64,000 nt of DNA from a bacterium (lineage in GTDB: Bacteria > Patescibacteriota > Microgenomatia > JAMCZE01): assembly GCA_021836035.1 (NCBI GenBank), contig JAKBJL010000002.1, forward strand, positions 151,282 to 215,281, read 5' to 3'. Positions 29,230 through 39,000 of the stretch are shown here, piece by piece. The position numbers and the translations under genes are program-made. Numbering within the stretch: the first letter of the stretch is position 1; each line of letters begins with the position of its first letter. The notes under the pieces are model-generated. The model was not told the origin of the DNA, made no database searches, and worked only from the letters and a program-made list of their open reading frames with translations.

Positions 29230-29781
29230 TCAGGTAAAAGTCTGGTTATTTTCTACACTCCCGTTTTCCGGTTTAATTAATATCAGGCCGATAAAGACGG
29301 AAACAGCGGCAATTCCCAAAAGCAAGTAAGTAAAAAGCGTTGGCAATTTGCTGCTTTGGTAGAACTGCTGGGGAACGGCATGTGATAAAAGTACGGCCGG
29401 CGGCTTTAAGAATTCCGGTAAAGGCAGTCTATTAATTCGACGTACCAAGGGATTTTCCACTGCGATCGGGGAAATAGCGGGTGTGGGCACCGGGGTAAGG
29501 AGAATCGCAGAACCGGTAGCAATTAAAGTCGGACTGGGGGTAGCGGAAATTTCCGGGGAGATACCCGGAGTTGCGGAAGGCGAAGAGACAGCCGGAGTCG
29601 GAGTTACCGTTGCCGAAGGGGTAGCCGTAAAAGGAGCCGGCGGAAAGATTGTAACGATCCCGGAGGGGGTAGCATTATCGTCCTGAGAAAGCCGGAGAAA
29701 CCGGACGGCAACAGCTCTCTGCGCTCCCGCAAACAACAAGCCGCCCAGAATAGCCACGATAAAAATAGTTTTCCTGACCAT
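29230..29781 (-). CDS. Pro/Thr-rich exported protein with C-terminal TM
   Basis: Signal peptide, ATPS repeats, TM; first gene of the GT2 operon. Confidence 0.75.
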   Translation of the reverse strand: MVRKTIFIVAILGGLLFAGAQRAVAVRFLRLSQDDNATPSGIVTIFPPAPFTATPSATVTPTPAVSSPSATPGISPEISATPSPTLIATGSAILLTPVPTPAISPIAVENPLVRRINRLPLPEFLKPPAVLLSHAVPQQFYQSSKLPTLFTYLLLGIAAVSVFIGLILIKPENGSVENNQTFT

Positions 29782-29929
29782 AATCCGCAGATGACTTTAG
29801 GCTGAATTTCCATAAGATCTTTTTTCCATTCTCTCATAGACGTGATTCGTGTCAAGTACATTTGCCCGGTCTTGCCCGATTCTTACCCTATTAATACGGA
29901 TCACTGCCAAGCCCTGAACCCGGGGGATC

Positions 29930-29959
29930 TTGACAAAATTTACGACCCCGTGTTAGTAT
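29930..29959 (+). promoter_or_regulatory. Sigma70 promoter for the GH5 gene
   Basis: TTGACA-18 bp-TAGTAT with extended TG. Confidence 0.65.
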
Positions 29960-29966
29960 CCGCTCT

Positions 29967-32048
29967 CTGTCGATAAAACTAAGACTGGTCAGCCTTGTTT
30001 TTGCAGCTCTATTCCTCGGGATGGCTTTCTTTCCTTTTAAAACCCGGGCGGCTGATCCTCCGGCGGTAGTTTTTGCCAACGCCCTTTCCGCCGGTTGGAC
30101 TAATTGGTCCTGGGGGAGCAATGTCGATTTCGGCAATGTCATTACTTTCACACCCGGTCCCTGGGGCGGTCTTTATCTCCATACCGATAATTCTTTAGAT
30201 CCCGCCGATTTCGCCAGCTTAGATTTCAGCCTGAAAGCTACCCGGGACAACCAAAATTTTCGCGTGATTGTTTATAACGCGGACAATCAGGCAATCGGCA
30301 GCAGTACCATCCCGGATGGTGCCCCTCTTTCCGTAGATAACTGGCGGGATTACAGTATTCCCCTGCAAAACCTCGATCCCGATAAAAAGCCCGTTAAGGG
30401 TATAGCCATTCAGGAAATTTCCGGCCAAGCCCAACCCGCTATCTATTTCAATAAAATCCAATTTGCGGCCGCCCCTTCAGGGGGTAATTCCGCGTTAAAC
30501 ATTTTTAATAGTGCTCTGGCTTCCGGTTGGACCAGCTGGTCCTGGGATTCGCAAATAAATTTCGGTCCGGTAATTGCTTATCAGTCTTTCCACCAATGGT
30601 CCGGCATTTACCTGCATAACGAAACCGGAGTTAATCTTCAAAGCTACAGCTACCTGCACTTTTCCGCTAAGGCCGGAAAACCCGGTCAAAAATTTGCCGC
30701 CATAATCTACGACGCCAATAATTCTCCAGCCGGTAATTCCCTGCCTTTAACCAACTACGGCGGTGATCCCGGAGCAGATAACTGGCAGGATTATCAAATT
30801 CCGTTGAGCGATCTGGGCGCCACGGGTAAAACGATAAAAGGAGTTGCGCTCCAGGATATCGGTCCGGTCCAGGACACTCTTTACCTTAATGATTTGGCCT
30901 TCACTTCCCTTCCCCTAACGGATAATCAGCAGGCTGCCGCTAATATTTCCGTCACTCCGACGCCTCAGCCCGCCCCCCCTACCAGTCTTACGGATAGCGG
31001 AGGATTTAATACGGGCAACGGAGCGATTTACCGAAACGGCCAAAAAATTAATCTGCACGGTATTAACTGGTTCGGTTTTGAAACCGATGCCCATGTCGTC
31101 CATGGGCTCTGGGCAAGAAACTATAAAGATATTATTTCCCAAATTAAAAACCTGGGCTTCAACGCCGTCCGCCTGCCTTTTTGCCCTGCCAGTATCCAAG
31201 GTGCGTCTACTTCTTCGATCGATTTCGTGAAAAATCCCGACCTTAACGGGCTGAACAGTCTGCAGGTTTTGGATAAGATCGTGACGGAAATGGACAATCA
31301 GGGTCTTTTTACGCTTCTGGATTCCCACCGGCCCGACTGCAACACCCAATCGGAACTTTGGTATACCGATACATATCCGGAATCACAATGGATTAACGAT
31401 TTAAAAACCCTGGCCGGACGGTTTGCCAATCTAACTAACTTCCTGGGCCTGGATCTGAAAAACGAACCTCATGGAGCAGCAACCTGGGGAACCGGCAATA
31501 TAAGCACGGATTGGAACCTGGCAGCGGAACGCGCCGGCAGCACCGTACTCTCGGTTAATCCCCATATTCTCTTATTTGTCGAAGGAATTGGTGATAATCC
31601 CAACTGCCAGGATAATAACGCCCATTTTTGGGGCGGTAATCTCGCCCCCGTTAAATGTAAAGGTTTAAATTTACCCGGGAACAAAGTGGTTTACTCACCG
31701 CATGTTTACGGTCCCGACGTCTCCTGGCAATCATATTTCGGCGAGAGCGGTTTCCCTAATAACATGCCGGCGATCTGGGATGCCCAATGGGGATATCTTG
31801 CCGGCAGTTATGCGTTAGCTCCCGGGGAATGGGGCGGGAAATACGGCAATAACGGCGGCAACCCGCTGGATGTTACCTGGCAGAATGCCTTTGTCGGTTA
31901 CCTAATAAACAAAAAGATCTGCAGTTCTTTCTATTGGGACTTAAATCCTAACTCCGGCGATACCGGCGGAGTTCTCCAAGACGACTGGACTACCCCCTGG
32001 AGCGATAAACTCTCCCTGCTCCAAAACTATTTCAACTCCTGCCAATAA
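29967..32048 (+). CDS. Secreted GH5 endoglucanase with two N-terminal CBM-like domains
   Basis: GINWFGFET, DLKNEPH, YSPHVYGP, GEWGG; duplicated W..WSW domains; a CTG start at 29967 gives a full signal peptide (track start 30021). Confidence 0.92.
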   Translation: MSIKLRLVSLVFAALFLGMAFFPFKTRAADPPAVVFANALSAGWTNWSWGSNVDFGNVITFTPGPWGGLYLHTDNSLDPADFASLDFSLKATRDNQNFRVIVYNADNQAIGSSTIPDGAPLSVDNWRDYSIPLQNLDPDKKPVKGIAIQEISGQAQPAIYFNKIQFAAAPSGGNSALNIFNSALASGWTSWSWDSQINFGPVIAYQSFHQWSGIYLHNETGVNLQSYSYLHFSAKAGKPGQKFAAIIYDANNSPAGNSLPLTNYGGDPGADNWQDYQIPLSDLGATGKTIKGVALQDIGPVQDTLYLNDLAFTSLPLTDNQQAAANISVTPTPQPAPPTSLTDSGGFNTGNGAIYRNGQKINLHGINWFGFETDAHVVHGLWARNYKDIISQIKNLGFNAVRLPFCPASIQGASTSSIDFVKNPDLNGLNSLQVLDKIVTEMDNQGLFTLLDSHRPDCNTQSELWYTDTYPESQWINDLKTLAGRFANLTNFLGLDLKNEPHGAATWGTGNISTDWNLAAERAGSTVLSVNPHILLFVEGIGDNPNCQDNNAHFWGGNLAPVKCKGLNLPGNKVVYSPHVYGPDVSWQSYFGESGFPNNMPAIWDAQWGYLAGSYALAPGEWGGKYGNNGGNPLDVTWQNAFVGYLINKKICSSFYWDLNPNSGDTGGVLQDDWTTPWSDKLSLLQNYFNSCQ

Positions 32049-32162
32049 AAAAGGACTTTTCTTCTAAAGATTCTCCTTTTTTCCGATTTAAATTTTCTTT
32101 ACCTTTTGGCCGGATTTATTTTATAAGGGGAATTACTCCGAATCCAATAATTAACGTTTTAA

Positions 32163-32426
32163 TTAGAGCAGAAAGAAAATCCCCCGTTTTCCCCCGAAGG
32201 CTGATTCGATCAGCTCAGAGAAAAATCCAGTAAGAATTACAGCCATGACGACAAAAACCGTTTTTAAGGTCAGCTTTCCTCCGCCAAGATTAAAGAAAAA
32301 ATAAGAAGCGGCGCCGAAAACCAATGCCTCTATCCAAAGGTTGTTATTATCTTCGAATATTTGGGCTTTTGAACCGGGGATTAATGGAGCAATAACCATG
32401 GCTGCAAATATAAAAGCAACGAACAT
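32163..32426 (-). CDS. Small membrane protein, possibly 5'-degraded
   Basis: Hydrophobic 87-aa ORF. Confidence 0.45.
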   Translation of the reverse strand: MFVAFIFAAMVIAPLIPGSKAQIFEDNNNLWIEALVFGAASYFFFNLGGGKLTLKTVFVVMAVILTGFFSELIESAFGGKRGIFFLL

Positions 32427-32687
32427 TAACGCTACGCCTAACTAGCGAGAAGTGCTAAGAGACACGAATTTTTAACCATAAACTATTTCTACAGCATTTA
32501 GAGCGGTAAATTAAACCTAACGGGCGGGTTCTCCTGCATAATTGGACAACTACCCGGAGTAACAGGCCCTCTTTGCTGCAAAATACTTCAATTCCCGGCA
32601 GTTGATGATTTTTCGCTTGACCTTCAACTTTGAACAGATAAATATTTTATGCCAAGTTAATGTCTATATTTAAGTGCAAAACCTCTT

Positions 32688-32999
32688 ATGGATAATTATA
32701 TAAGTGGCGTAGCCGTATTCCTATTTGTTATTTTCTTGCCCCTTATTAAACTATATCTAATTCATTCTATTATCAAAAACTTATCGAAATTAAAACAGCG
32801 CAGACATCACCAAAACAACATGCTCTTATTTATTTCGGCTATGGTTGTCATAATGTATATAGGTATTATTGTAATAAGCCTCTTTCCTCTGGGCTGGGCA
32901 TGCGTTCCGGTAATCGGACATTTATTCAATTTAGGTTTATCCTGCCAGTTAGGCAAACAGATGGTGGTAGAAATTTTCGGCAGGTTATCGATGTATTAA
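32688..32999 (+). CDS. Small AT-rich membrane protein
   Basis: Two or three hydrophobic segments. Confidence 0.5.
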   Translation: MDNYISGVAVFLFVIFLPLIKLYLIHSIIKNLSKLKQRRHHQNNMLLFISAMVVIMYIGIIVISLFPLGWACVPVIGHLFNLGLSCQLGKQMVVEIFGRLSMY

Positions 33000-33080
33000 C
33001 AAAAGAAGAAACTGTTAAATTACGATAATAAAATTAATCCGCTTCGGGGTTAATGATTACTCTTTTGGGAACTGCTCTTT

Positions 33081-33518
33081 TTAAATAACTACTTTTCCTC
33101 CGGCTTTTTCGATTTTAGTCCTGGCACCTCCGGAGCAGGGAAGTTTAACGAGAAGGGGCACGTTTAATTCCCCGTCCCCCAGGATTTTTACTTTGGAAAC
33201 GCCGCCGTTAATAATCCGCGCTTCCCGCAAAGTTTCCAACGTGACTTCCGTTTTCGGCGCTAAAAAATTTAAATACTTGACATTAACCACCATCGGTCTG
33301 ACCCGCAGCGATTTATTCTTCCCTTTGCCGCGTAGAAGCGGCAGCCTTTTAAGCCATGACGCCTGCAGGGACGAGCCGGCAAAGGTCAGTTTAATATTTT
33401 CCCTGGCTTTCTGCCCCTTGGTCCCACGCCCGGAAGTTTTCACTTTTCCGGATCCATGACCCCGGCCAACTCGCTTAGCTGACCTGGCGGTAGTCTTCGG
33501 TAAATTATTTAATTTCAT
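33081..33518 (-). CDS. rplO: 50S ribosomal protein L15
   Basis: RVGRGHGSGK.KTSGRGTKGQKAR. Confidence 0.97.
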   Translation of the reverse strand: MKLNNLPKTTARSAKRVGRGHGSGKVKTSGRGTKGQKARENIKLTFAGSSLQASWLKRLPLLRGKGKNKSLRVRPMVVNVKYLNFLAPKTEVTLETLREARIINGGVSKVKILGDGELNVPLLVKLPCSGGARTKIEKAGGKVVI

Positions 33519-33519
33519 A

Positions 33520-33984
33520 TTACTTTAGCTGTTTGTCATTAGCCCTTAGCTCTTTCAGCGCTTCTATGGTCGCATAAACATTCGTAATTTTATTGTTGGT
33601 ACCCAAAACTTTGCTGCTGATATCCCGAATACCGGCAGCGGAAACCACCGCCCGTACCGCTCCCCCGGCAATTACTCCCGATCCCGCCGGTGCAGGAGAA
33701 AGAATTATTTTTGCCGCGCCGAACTTCTTGTGGATTTCGTGCGGAATCGTGGTTCCCCTGACAGGAACGGTAATCAGATGGCTTTTAGCATAGGTAATGG
33801 CTTTTTTCACTGCGCTGCTTACATCCGTAGCGTGTCCCATCCCTACTCCTACCCGCCCCTTTTTGTCTCCGACAACGACCAGGACACTGAACCCTACCCG
33901 GTTTCCGCCGGCTGTTTTTTTGGAAACCCGGTTGACCTGAACTACTTTTTCGTCAAATTCTTTGACTTCCGGAAAACCGTTCAT
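33520..33984 (-). CDS. rpsE: 30S ribosomal protein S5
   Basis: VNRVSK..VVVGD..GRVG. Confidence 0.97.
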   Translation of the reverse strand: MNGFPEVKEFDEKVVQVNRVSKKTAGGNRVGFSVLVVVGDKKGRVGVGMGHATDVSSAVKKAITYAKSHLITVPVRGTTIPHEIHKKFGAAKIILSPAPAGSGVIAGGAVRAVVSAAGIRDISSKVLGTNNKITNVYATIEALKELRANDKQLK

Positions 33985-33985
33985 G

Positions 33986-34288
33986 CTAAAAATTTACTCC
34001 GCCCTCCCGTACGGCTTCGGCAAAGGCCTTCACTTGGCCGTGATATTTATAACCCGCACGGTCAAAAACAACCTTGTCGATCTTGGCTTTCTTGGCTTTT
34101 TCTGCCAATTCCCTGCCGGCTGCTGCCGGATCGGTCGTTTTATTTACGGAAGCTATAGTATAACCCTTTTGGTCATCAATTATCTGGGCATAAAAATATT
34201 TATGGGAACGAAACACGACCAGGCGCGGGCGGCTTCCGGTTCCCCTTAATGTCTGGCGCATTTTAGCTCGTCTGATATCGCGTCTCAT
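33986..34288 (-). CDS. rplR: 50S ribosomal protein L18
   Basis: RPRLVVFRS, VFDRAGYKYHG. Confidence 0.97.
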   Translation of the reverse strand: MRRDIRRAKMRQTLRGTGSRPRLVVFRSHKYFYAQIIDDQKGYTIASVNKTTDPAAAGRELAEKAKKAKIDKVVFDRAGYKYHGQVKAFAEAVREGGVNF

Positions 34289-34304
34289 AATTAAATATTG
34301 ACTA

Positions 34305-34859
34305 TTACTTAGCAGGCCCCCCTACGGCCTTAGCTGCTTTACCGGCTTTGCGGCGAATTACTTCACCGATATATTTTATGCCTTTGCCTTTATAAGGTTC
34401 CGGTGGCCTGATCCGCCGGATTTTTGCCGCCGTCTCACCTACCAACTGCTTATCAATCCCGGAAACATTAATCTGATTTTGGTTAACGGAAAAAGTAATT
34501 CCCGGCGGCGCGGTAAACTTTACAGGGTGAGAAAAACCTACCGACAAAACTAAATTAGCTCCCGAAACTTCAGCCCGGTATCCGACGCCAACCAGCTCCA
34601 ACCCCTTATTCCATCCCTTATCCGTACCCCTAACCATATTCTCAACAAGCGTCCGGGAAAGACCATGCAGCGACTTAGCTTTAGCCGTATCGCCTTCTCT
34701 TTCCACCAGCACCTGATTACCGTCTACTTTTATCGCGACCTCGGGGCGAAAATCGTATGTCAAAGCCCCTTTGGGCCCGCTGACACTAACTTTTTGCCCG
34801 TCCACCTGAACGGTCACGCCTTCGGGAATTTTTACCGGTTTTTTGCCAACCCTGCTCAT
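34305..34859 (-). CDS. rplF: 50S ribosomal protein L6
   Basis: MSRVGK, RPPEPYKGKG. Confidence 0.97.
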   Translation of the reverse strand: MSRVGKKPVKIPEGVTVQVDGQKVSVSGPKGALTYDFRPEVAIKVDGNQVLVEREGDTAKAKSLHGLSRTLVENMVRGTDKGWNKGLELVGVGYRAEVSGANLVLSVGFSHPVKFTAPPGITFSVNQNQINVSGIDKQLVGETAAKIRRIRPPEPYKGKGIKYIGEVIRRKAGKAAKAVGGPAK

Positions 34860-34924
34860 AATTTTCAGCGTAAAGCGTTTAGCGTATCGAAATATTCTTT
34901 ACGCTTTCCGCAAACCGCCGATAT

Positions 34925-35305
34925 CTACCATACTTTACAAATTAATTCCCCGCCGATACCTTTTTTCTTAGCTTCCTTGTCAGTCATCAGTCCCTGCGGG
35001 GTAGAAATAACGCTGACCCCCATGCCGCCCAAAACCGTCGGAATTTTATCCTTGCCCACATAGACTCTCAGGCTGGGTTTACTTATCTGCTCCAAATCGG
35101 TCAGAGCCGGAACATGTTGTTCGTATTTGAGTTCCAGAACCAAATTATTCTCTTTTACACTGGCCATTTGCAGATAACCGCTTTTCACCAGCAAATTACA
35201 GATAGCCAGCACCATCCGGGTTTTAGGTACCAGGACCTCTTTCTTGCCGGCCAGATAGCCGTTCTTGATCCTTATTAAAGTGTCCGCGACGATATCGTTT
35301 ACCAT
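34925..35305 (-). CDS. rpsH: 30S ribosomal protein S8
   Basis: [20 protein letters not shown]. Confidence 0.97.
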   Translation of the reverse strand: MVNDIVADTLIRIKNGYLAGKKEVLVPKTRMVLAICNLLVKSGYLQMASVKENNLVLELKYEQHVPALTDLEQISKPSLRVYVGKDKIPTVLGGMGVSVISTPQGLMTDKEAKKKGIGGELICKVW

Positions 35306-35484
35306 GATGCTTTAACTACCCCGGGCAATTCCCCTTTGTGGGCTAATTCCCGGAAACAAATCCGGCAGATACCAAACCGGCGTAAATAACCGCGGCTTCG
35401 CCCGCAAAGGCTGCAGCGGTTATGCATCCGGCTTGAATATTTCTGCTTTTTTTTAGATTTTACGATAGCGCTTACTTTTGCCAT
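35299..35484 (-). CDS. rpsN: 30S ribosomal protein S14 type Z
   Basis: RCSLCGR..CRICFR; start at MAKVS. Confidence 0.96.
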   Translation of the reverse strand: MAKVSAIVKSKKKQKYSSRMHNRCSLCGRSRGYLRRFGICRICFRELAHKGELPGVVKASW

Positions 35485-35485
35485 A

Positions 35486-36022
35486 TTATTTTTTAAACGG
35501 CATACCCATTGCTTTAAGCAAGGCCAATCCCTCTTCCTTATTTTTTGCCGTAGAAACGATAGTGATTTCCAGCCCACGGAGACGGTCTATTTTATCATAC
35601 TCAATTTCCGGAAAAACGATTTGTTCGCGGATCCCCAGAGTAAAATTCCCCCGCTGGTCAAAACTTGAGGGCGCTACCCCTTGGAAATCCCGGACCCGGG
35701 GGAGAACTACGGTAACCAACCGTTTCCAGAAATCGTACATCTTCTGACCCCGAAGTGTAACGGAAACACCGACCGGATCCCCCTGGCGGAGTTTAAAAGC
35801 GGCAATCGCCACCTTGGCTTTGTTAATTACCGGTTTCTGCCCGGTAATAATCCCCAACTGTTCGCTAACCGCTTCTAAAGTTTTGGGATTGGTAATCCCT
35901 TCCGCTACCCCGACATTTAAAACGATTTTTTGCAACCGCGGTACGGCCATCACATTATTTATTCCCAGTTCTTCCCGTAACCGGGGGGTAACTTTTTTCT
36001 GATATTCTTCCTGTAAATTCAT
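35486..36022 (-). CDS. rplE: 50S ribosomal protein L5
   Basis: [17 protein letters not shown]. Confidence 0.97.
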   Translation of the reverse strand: MNLQEEYQKKVTPRLREELGINNVMAVPRLQKIVLNVGVAEGITNPKTLEAVSEQLGIITGQKPVINKAKVAIAAFKLRQGDPVGVSVTLRGQKMYDFWKRLVTVVLPRVRDFQGVAPSSFDQRGNFTLGIREQIVFPEIEYDKIDRLRGLEITIVSTAKNKEEGLALLKAMGMPFKK

Positions 36023-36040
36023 ATTTCCTTAATTTGCAAT

Positions 36041-36346
36041 TTATATCTCCTGTTCACATTTCCGGCAAATCCTGACCTTATCGTGGTCGGTTATCTTATA
36101 GCCGACTCTTGTTAGCTGTTTGCATTTCGGGCAAACCAAAGCTACATCAGACACCGGTAGCGGGCGGACAAAATCAACGATGCCGCCTTTTTGTCCCTCA
36201 GCGCGGGGTTTCATGTGCCGTTTAAAAAGATTGACTCCGGCAATGGTTACCCGGCGGTTTTTCGGCCAAACCCGCTCCACGGCTCCTTCTTTGCCGCTGT
36301 CTTTACCCTTAACTACCCTGACTTTATCGCCCTTCTTTAGTTTCAT
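36041..36346 (-). CDS. rplX: 50S ribosomal protein L24
   Basis: KKGDKV.V..GKD.GK. Confidence 0.97.
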   Translation of the reverse strand: MKLKKGDKVRVVKGKDSGKEGAVERVWPKNRRVTIAGVNLFKRHMKPRAEGQKGGIVDFVRPLPVSDVALVCPKCKQLTRVGYKITDHDKVRICRKCEQEI

Positions 36347-36348
36347 AT

Positions 36349-36723
36349 TTAGAGAACTTCTGCCGCCATAGAAACTACCTTGTTAAACCCCCTGGCCTTC
36401 AATTCCCTGGCCACCGGACCGAAAACCCGCGTCCCTAGAGGATTTTTATCCTTAGGGCTGTCAATCACAATCCCCGCATTATCATCAAAGCGGATATAAC
36501 TACCGTCATCACGATGCGCTTCTTTATGTACCCGGGCAATTACGCAATAGACCATCTGCGAATCTTTAACCATCCCGTTGGGATCAGCACCGTCGACAAC
36601 GGCCTTGACGACATCACCGAGATAGGAAAACTTGCGCTTCGATCCGCCGTAAAGATGGATTACCCGAAGTTTATAAGCCCCGGTGTTATCAGCTACTTTT
36701 AAAACGGTTCTTCTTTGGATCAT
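36349..36723 (-). CDS. rplN: 50S ribosomal protein L14
   Basis: VADNTGA, GTRVFGPVAREL. Confidence 0.97.
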   Translation of the reverse strand: MIQRRTVLKVADNTGAYKLRVIHLYGGSKRKFSYLGDVVKAVVDGADPNGMVKDSQMVYCVIARVHKEAHRDDGSYIRFDDNAGIVIDSPKDKNPLGTRVFGPVARELKARGFNKVVSMAAEVL

Positions 36724-37067
36724 TTTTTACTCCTTCTCCGGACGGTTACTTTTTTCCCCCTTGCCGGCTTGATAGCCCCGGTAACCTTTTCCGCTCTCTT
36801 TTCCGCTTTGACTTCCTGCGGTTTGGTTTTAGCACCGCCGATTATCTCCATAACCTGGAAATGGATCTCCCGGCTAAAGGGTTTTACCTCCGCGATATTT
36901 ACTTTATCACCAACAAGAACACCCGGAACTTCACAATGCGCTTTGATTTTTGTCGTCCGGATCATAATCTTCCGGTATTTGGGATGCGGCACAAAACGCG
37001 CTATCTCCACCACGACAGCCTTATTCATCTTGTTAGATAAAACCGTACCGGTTAGTTGCTTAGCCAT
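36720..37067 (-). CDS. rpsQ: 30S ribosomal protein S17 with basic C-terminal extension
   Basis: G.V.SNKM.K, HPKY.K. Confidence 0.96.
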   Translation of the reverse strand: MAKQLTGTVLSNKMNKAVVVEIARFVPHPKYRKIMIRTTKIKAHCEVPGVLVGDKVNIAEVKPFSREIHFQVMEIIGGAKTKPQEVKAEKRAEKVTGAIKPARGKKVTVRRRSKK

Positions 37068-37266
37068 TTAACATCTCCTTTTCTCTGATTAAAGTTAAAA
37101 CCACGGCTGTTTTACGCCGCAAGTTAGCGACCGTATTGGTATTTTTTACCCGGCGCGCCCCCAACGCCATTTTCGCTTTTTCTGCTTCTTTCTTTATTTC
37201 CGCCAAAACCGTCTGTAATTCCGCGAGGGATTTTTGGCGTAAATCGTTTTTATCTTTGCTTTTCAT
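37060..37266 (-). CDS. rpmC: 50S ribosomal protein L29
   Basis: Size, position and helical basic sequence. Confidence 0.93.
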   Translation of the reverse strand: MKSKDKNDLRQKSLAELQTVLAEIKKEAEKAKMALGARRVKNTNTVANLRRKTAVVLTLIREKEMLNG

Positions 37267-37267
37267 A

Positions 37268-37684
37268 TTATCTGGTCCTGACGATAAACCGGGTTGCTAC
37301 CGGTAATTTATCCCCTGCTCTTCTGATCGCTTGCTCTGCCTGGTCGCGGGTCAGTCCTCCCATTTCGAAAAGAATCTGGCCCGGCCGGACAACCGCAACA
37401 TATTCCGCGACATCCCCTTTACCGCTGCCCATCCGCACGTCCAACGGCTTTTTGCTCACCGGCTTGTCGGGAAAAATCCGGATCCATACCCTTCCGCCTT
37501 TGGCGGTATAGTGCGTCAACGCTTTGCGGGCCGCCTCAATCTGCCGGGCACTTACCCAACCGCGGCTGGCGGCCAGCAGCCCGAATTCTCCGAAATCAAT
37601 ATTGTTGCTCCGCAGAGAATATCCGGGCATCTGCCCTTTGAACATTTTGCGGAATTTTACCCGTTTTGGTGCTAATGTCGCCAT
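37268..37684 (-). CDS. rplP: 50S ribosomal protein L16
   Basis: PKRVKFRK, RMGSGKG. Confidence 0.97.
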   Translation of the reverse strand: MATLAPKRVKFRKMFKGQMPGYSLRSNNIDFGEFGLLAASRGWVSARQIEAARKALTHYTAKGGRVWIRIFPDKPVSKKPLDVRMGSGKGDVAEYVAVVRPGQILFEMGGLTRDQAEQAIRRAGDKLPVATRFIVRTR

Positions 37685-37688
37685 ATAT

Positions 37689-38336
37689 TTAAGCCTTGCG
37701 GCAAATCCAAACTTTTACTCCGACGTAACCCGACCGCGTCAGGGAAGGTACGGAAGCAAAATCGATATCTTCCCGGATGGTCGACAACGGCAAAATTCCT
37801 GCCTGAGCGTGCTGCACCCGGGCTATTTCCGCCCCGCCGATACGGCCGCCCAGCCGGATACGCACCCCTTTGGCTCCGGCAGACATCACTTTTTCTATCG
37901 CCTGGTCCATAGCCCGCTTAGCCGGAAATCTTTTGGCCAATTGGTCGGCTACCATCTGTCCTACAAGCTGGGCGTCAAGATTCGGTTCCTTGACGGGTTC
38001 GACTTTAATATCGACTTTGGACGCCTTTTTATCGTCCGGATTAATTTTGAGAATATTTTTGACAATATATTTCTTCAAATCCTCCATCCCGGTTCCGCCG
38101 CGCCCGATAACCACCCCGGGACGGGCTACGTGGACTGTAATATCGATTTTGTTAATGGAACGCTCAATTTCTACCCGGGAAATCCCGGCAGTTTTAAGTT
38201 TCCCCATAAGCGCCCTCCGGAGCAGAATATCTTCTTTCAAAAGCTCCTTGTAACGCTTATCTTCGGCAAACCACCGGGAAGACCAGGTGTATAAACTGCC
38301 TAAGCGAAAACCGATCGGATGAACTTTTTTACCCAT
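37689..38336 (-). CDS. rpsC: 30S ribosomal protein S3
   Basis: MGKKVHPIGFRLG, GRIGGAEIAR. Confidence 0.97.
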   Translation of the reverse strand: MGKKVHPIGFRLGSLYTWSSRWFAEDKRYKELLKEDILLRRALMGKLKTAGISRVEIERSINKIDITVHVARPGVVIGRGGTGMEDLKKYIVKNILKINPDDKKASKVDIKVEPVKEPNLDAQLVGQMVADQLAKRFPAKRAMDQAIEKVMSAGAKGVRIRLGGRIGGAEIARVQHAQAGILPLSTIREDIDFASVPSLTRSGYVGVKVWICRKA

Positions 38337-38676
38337 TTTCTCCCTCCAAAATAACTTTAATATGCGCTGTTCTTTTCTGAATAATTCCTCTCTCGGCCCG
38401 CGAACTGTGGCTCGTATCCTGGCGCTTCATCCTGGTCCCCTCATCAACCAGGACATTCTTCACTTTCAAACTTCCCGCTTCCAGCTTGTTGTTGTTCACC
38501 GCGTTAGCTATCGCCGACTTCAAAGTAATAATCAAAGGCTTAACCCCGGCTTTCGATAGCGTCTGCAATTTCGCTAATGCCAACTCCACCGGAAGACCTA
38601 CAACCACTTCCCGGACCAAGCGCAACTTTCGCGGCGACATTCTTACGTGTTTTGAGATTGCTGTTATTTCTGTCAT
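38329..38676 (-). CDS. rplV: 50S ribosomal protein L22
   Basis: RMSPRKLRLV, SAIANA; start probably MTEI. Confidence 0.95.
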   Translation of the reverse strand: MTEITAISKHVRMSPRKLRLVREVVVGLPVELALAKLQTLSKAGVKPLIITLKSAIANAVNNNKLEAGSLKVKNVLVDEGTRMKRQDTSHSSRAERGIIQKRTAHIKVILEGENG

Positions 38677-38713
38677 CTTAATTCTCAACGCTACGCGATA
38701 TGCTTTAGGCTAT

Positions 38714-38998
38714 TTACGTCTTGCTCAGCTCCCTGGCAATTACCCTTCCGTGTCCGTGGAAAGTCCTGGTCGGGGAAAATTCGCCCAAACGGTGACCGAC
38801 CATGCTCTCTGTGATAAAAACCGGGGTATGTACTCTGCCGTTATGAACAGCAATGGTAACCCCGACAAACTCCGGCGGGATCTGGCAGGCGCGGGACCAG
38901 GTCTTAATCGCCTCTTTCGCGCCCCGGTTCTTCGCCGCAATAACCCTGGCCAAAAGTTTTTGGTCTACAAACGGTCCTTTTTTCGATGATCTGGCCAT
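38714..38998 (-). CDS. rpsS: 30S ribosomal protein S19
   Basis: [17 protein letters not shown]. Confidence 0.97.
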   Translation of the reverse strand: MARSSKKGPFVDQKLLARVIAAKNRGAKEAIKTWSRACQIPPEFVGVTIAVHNGRVHTPVFITESMVGHRLGEFSPTRTFHGHGRVIARELSKT

Positions 38999-39000
38999 AT

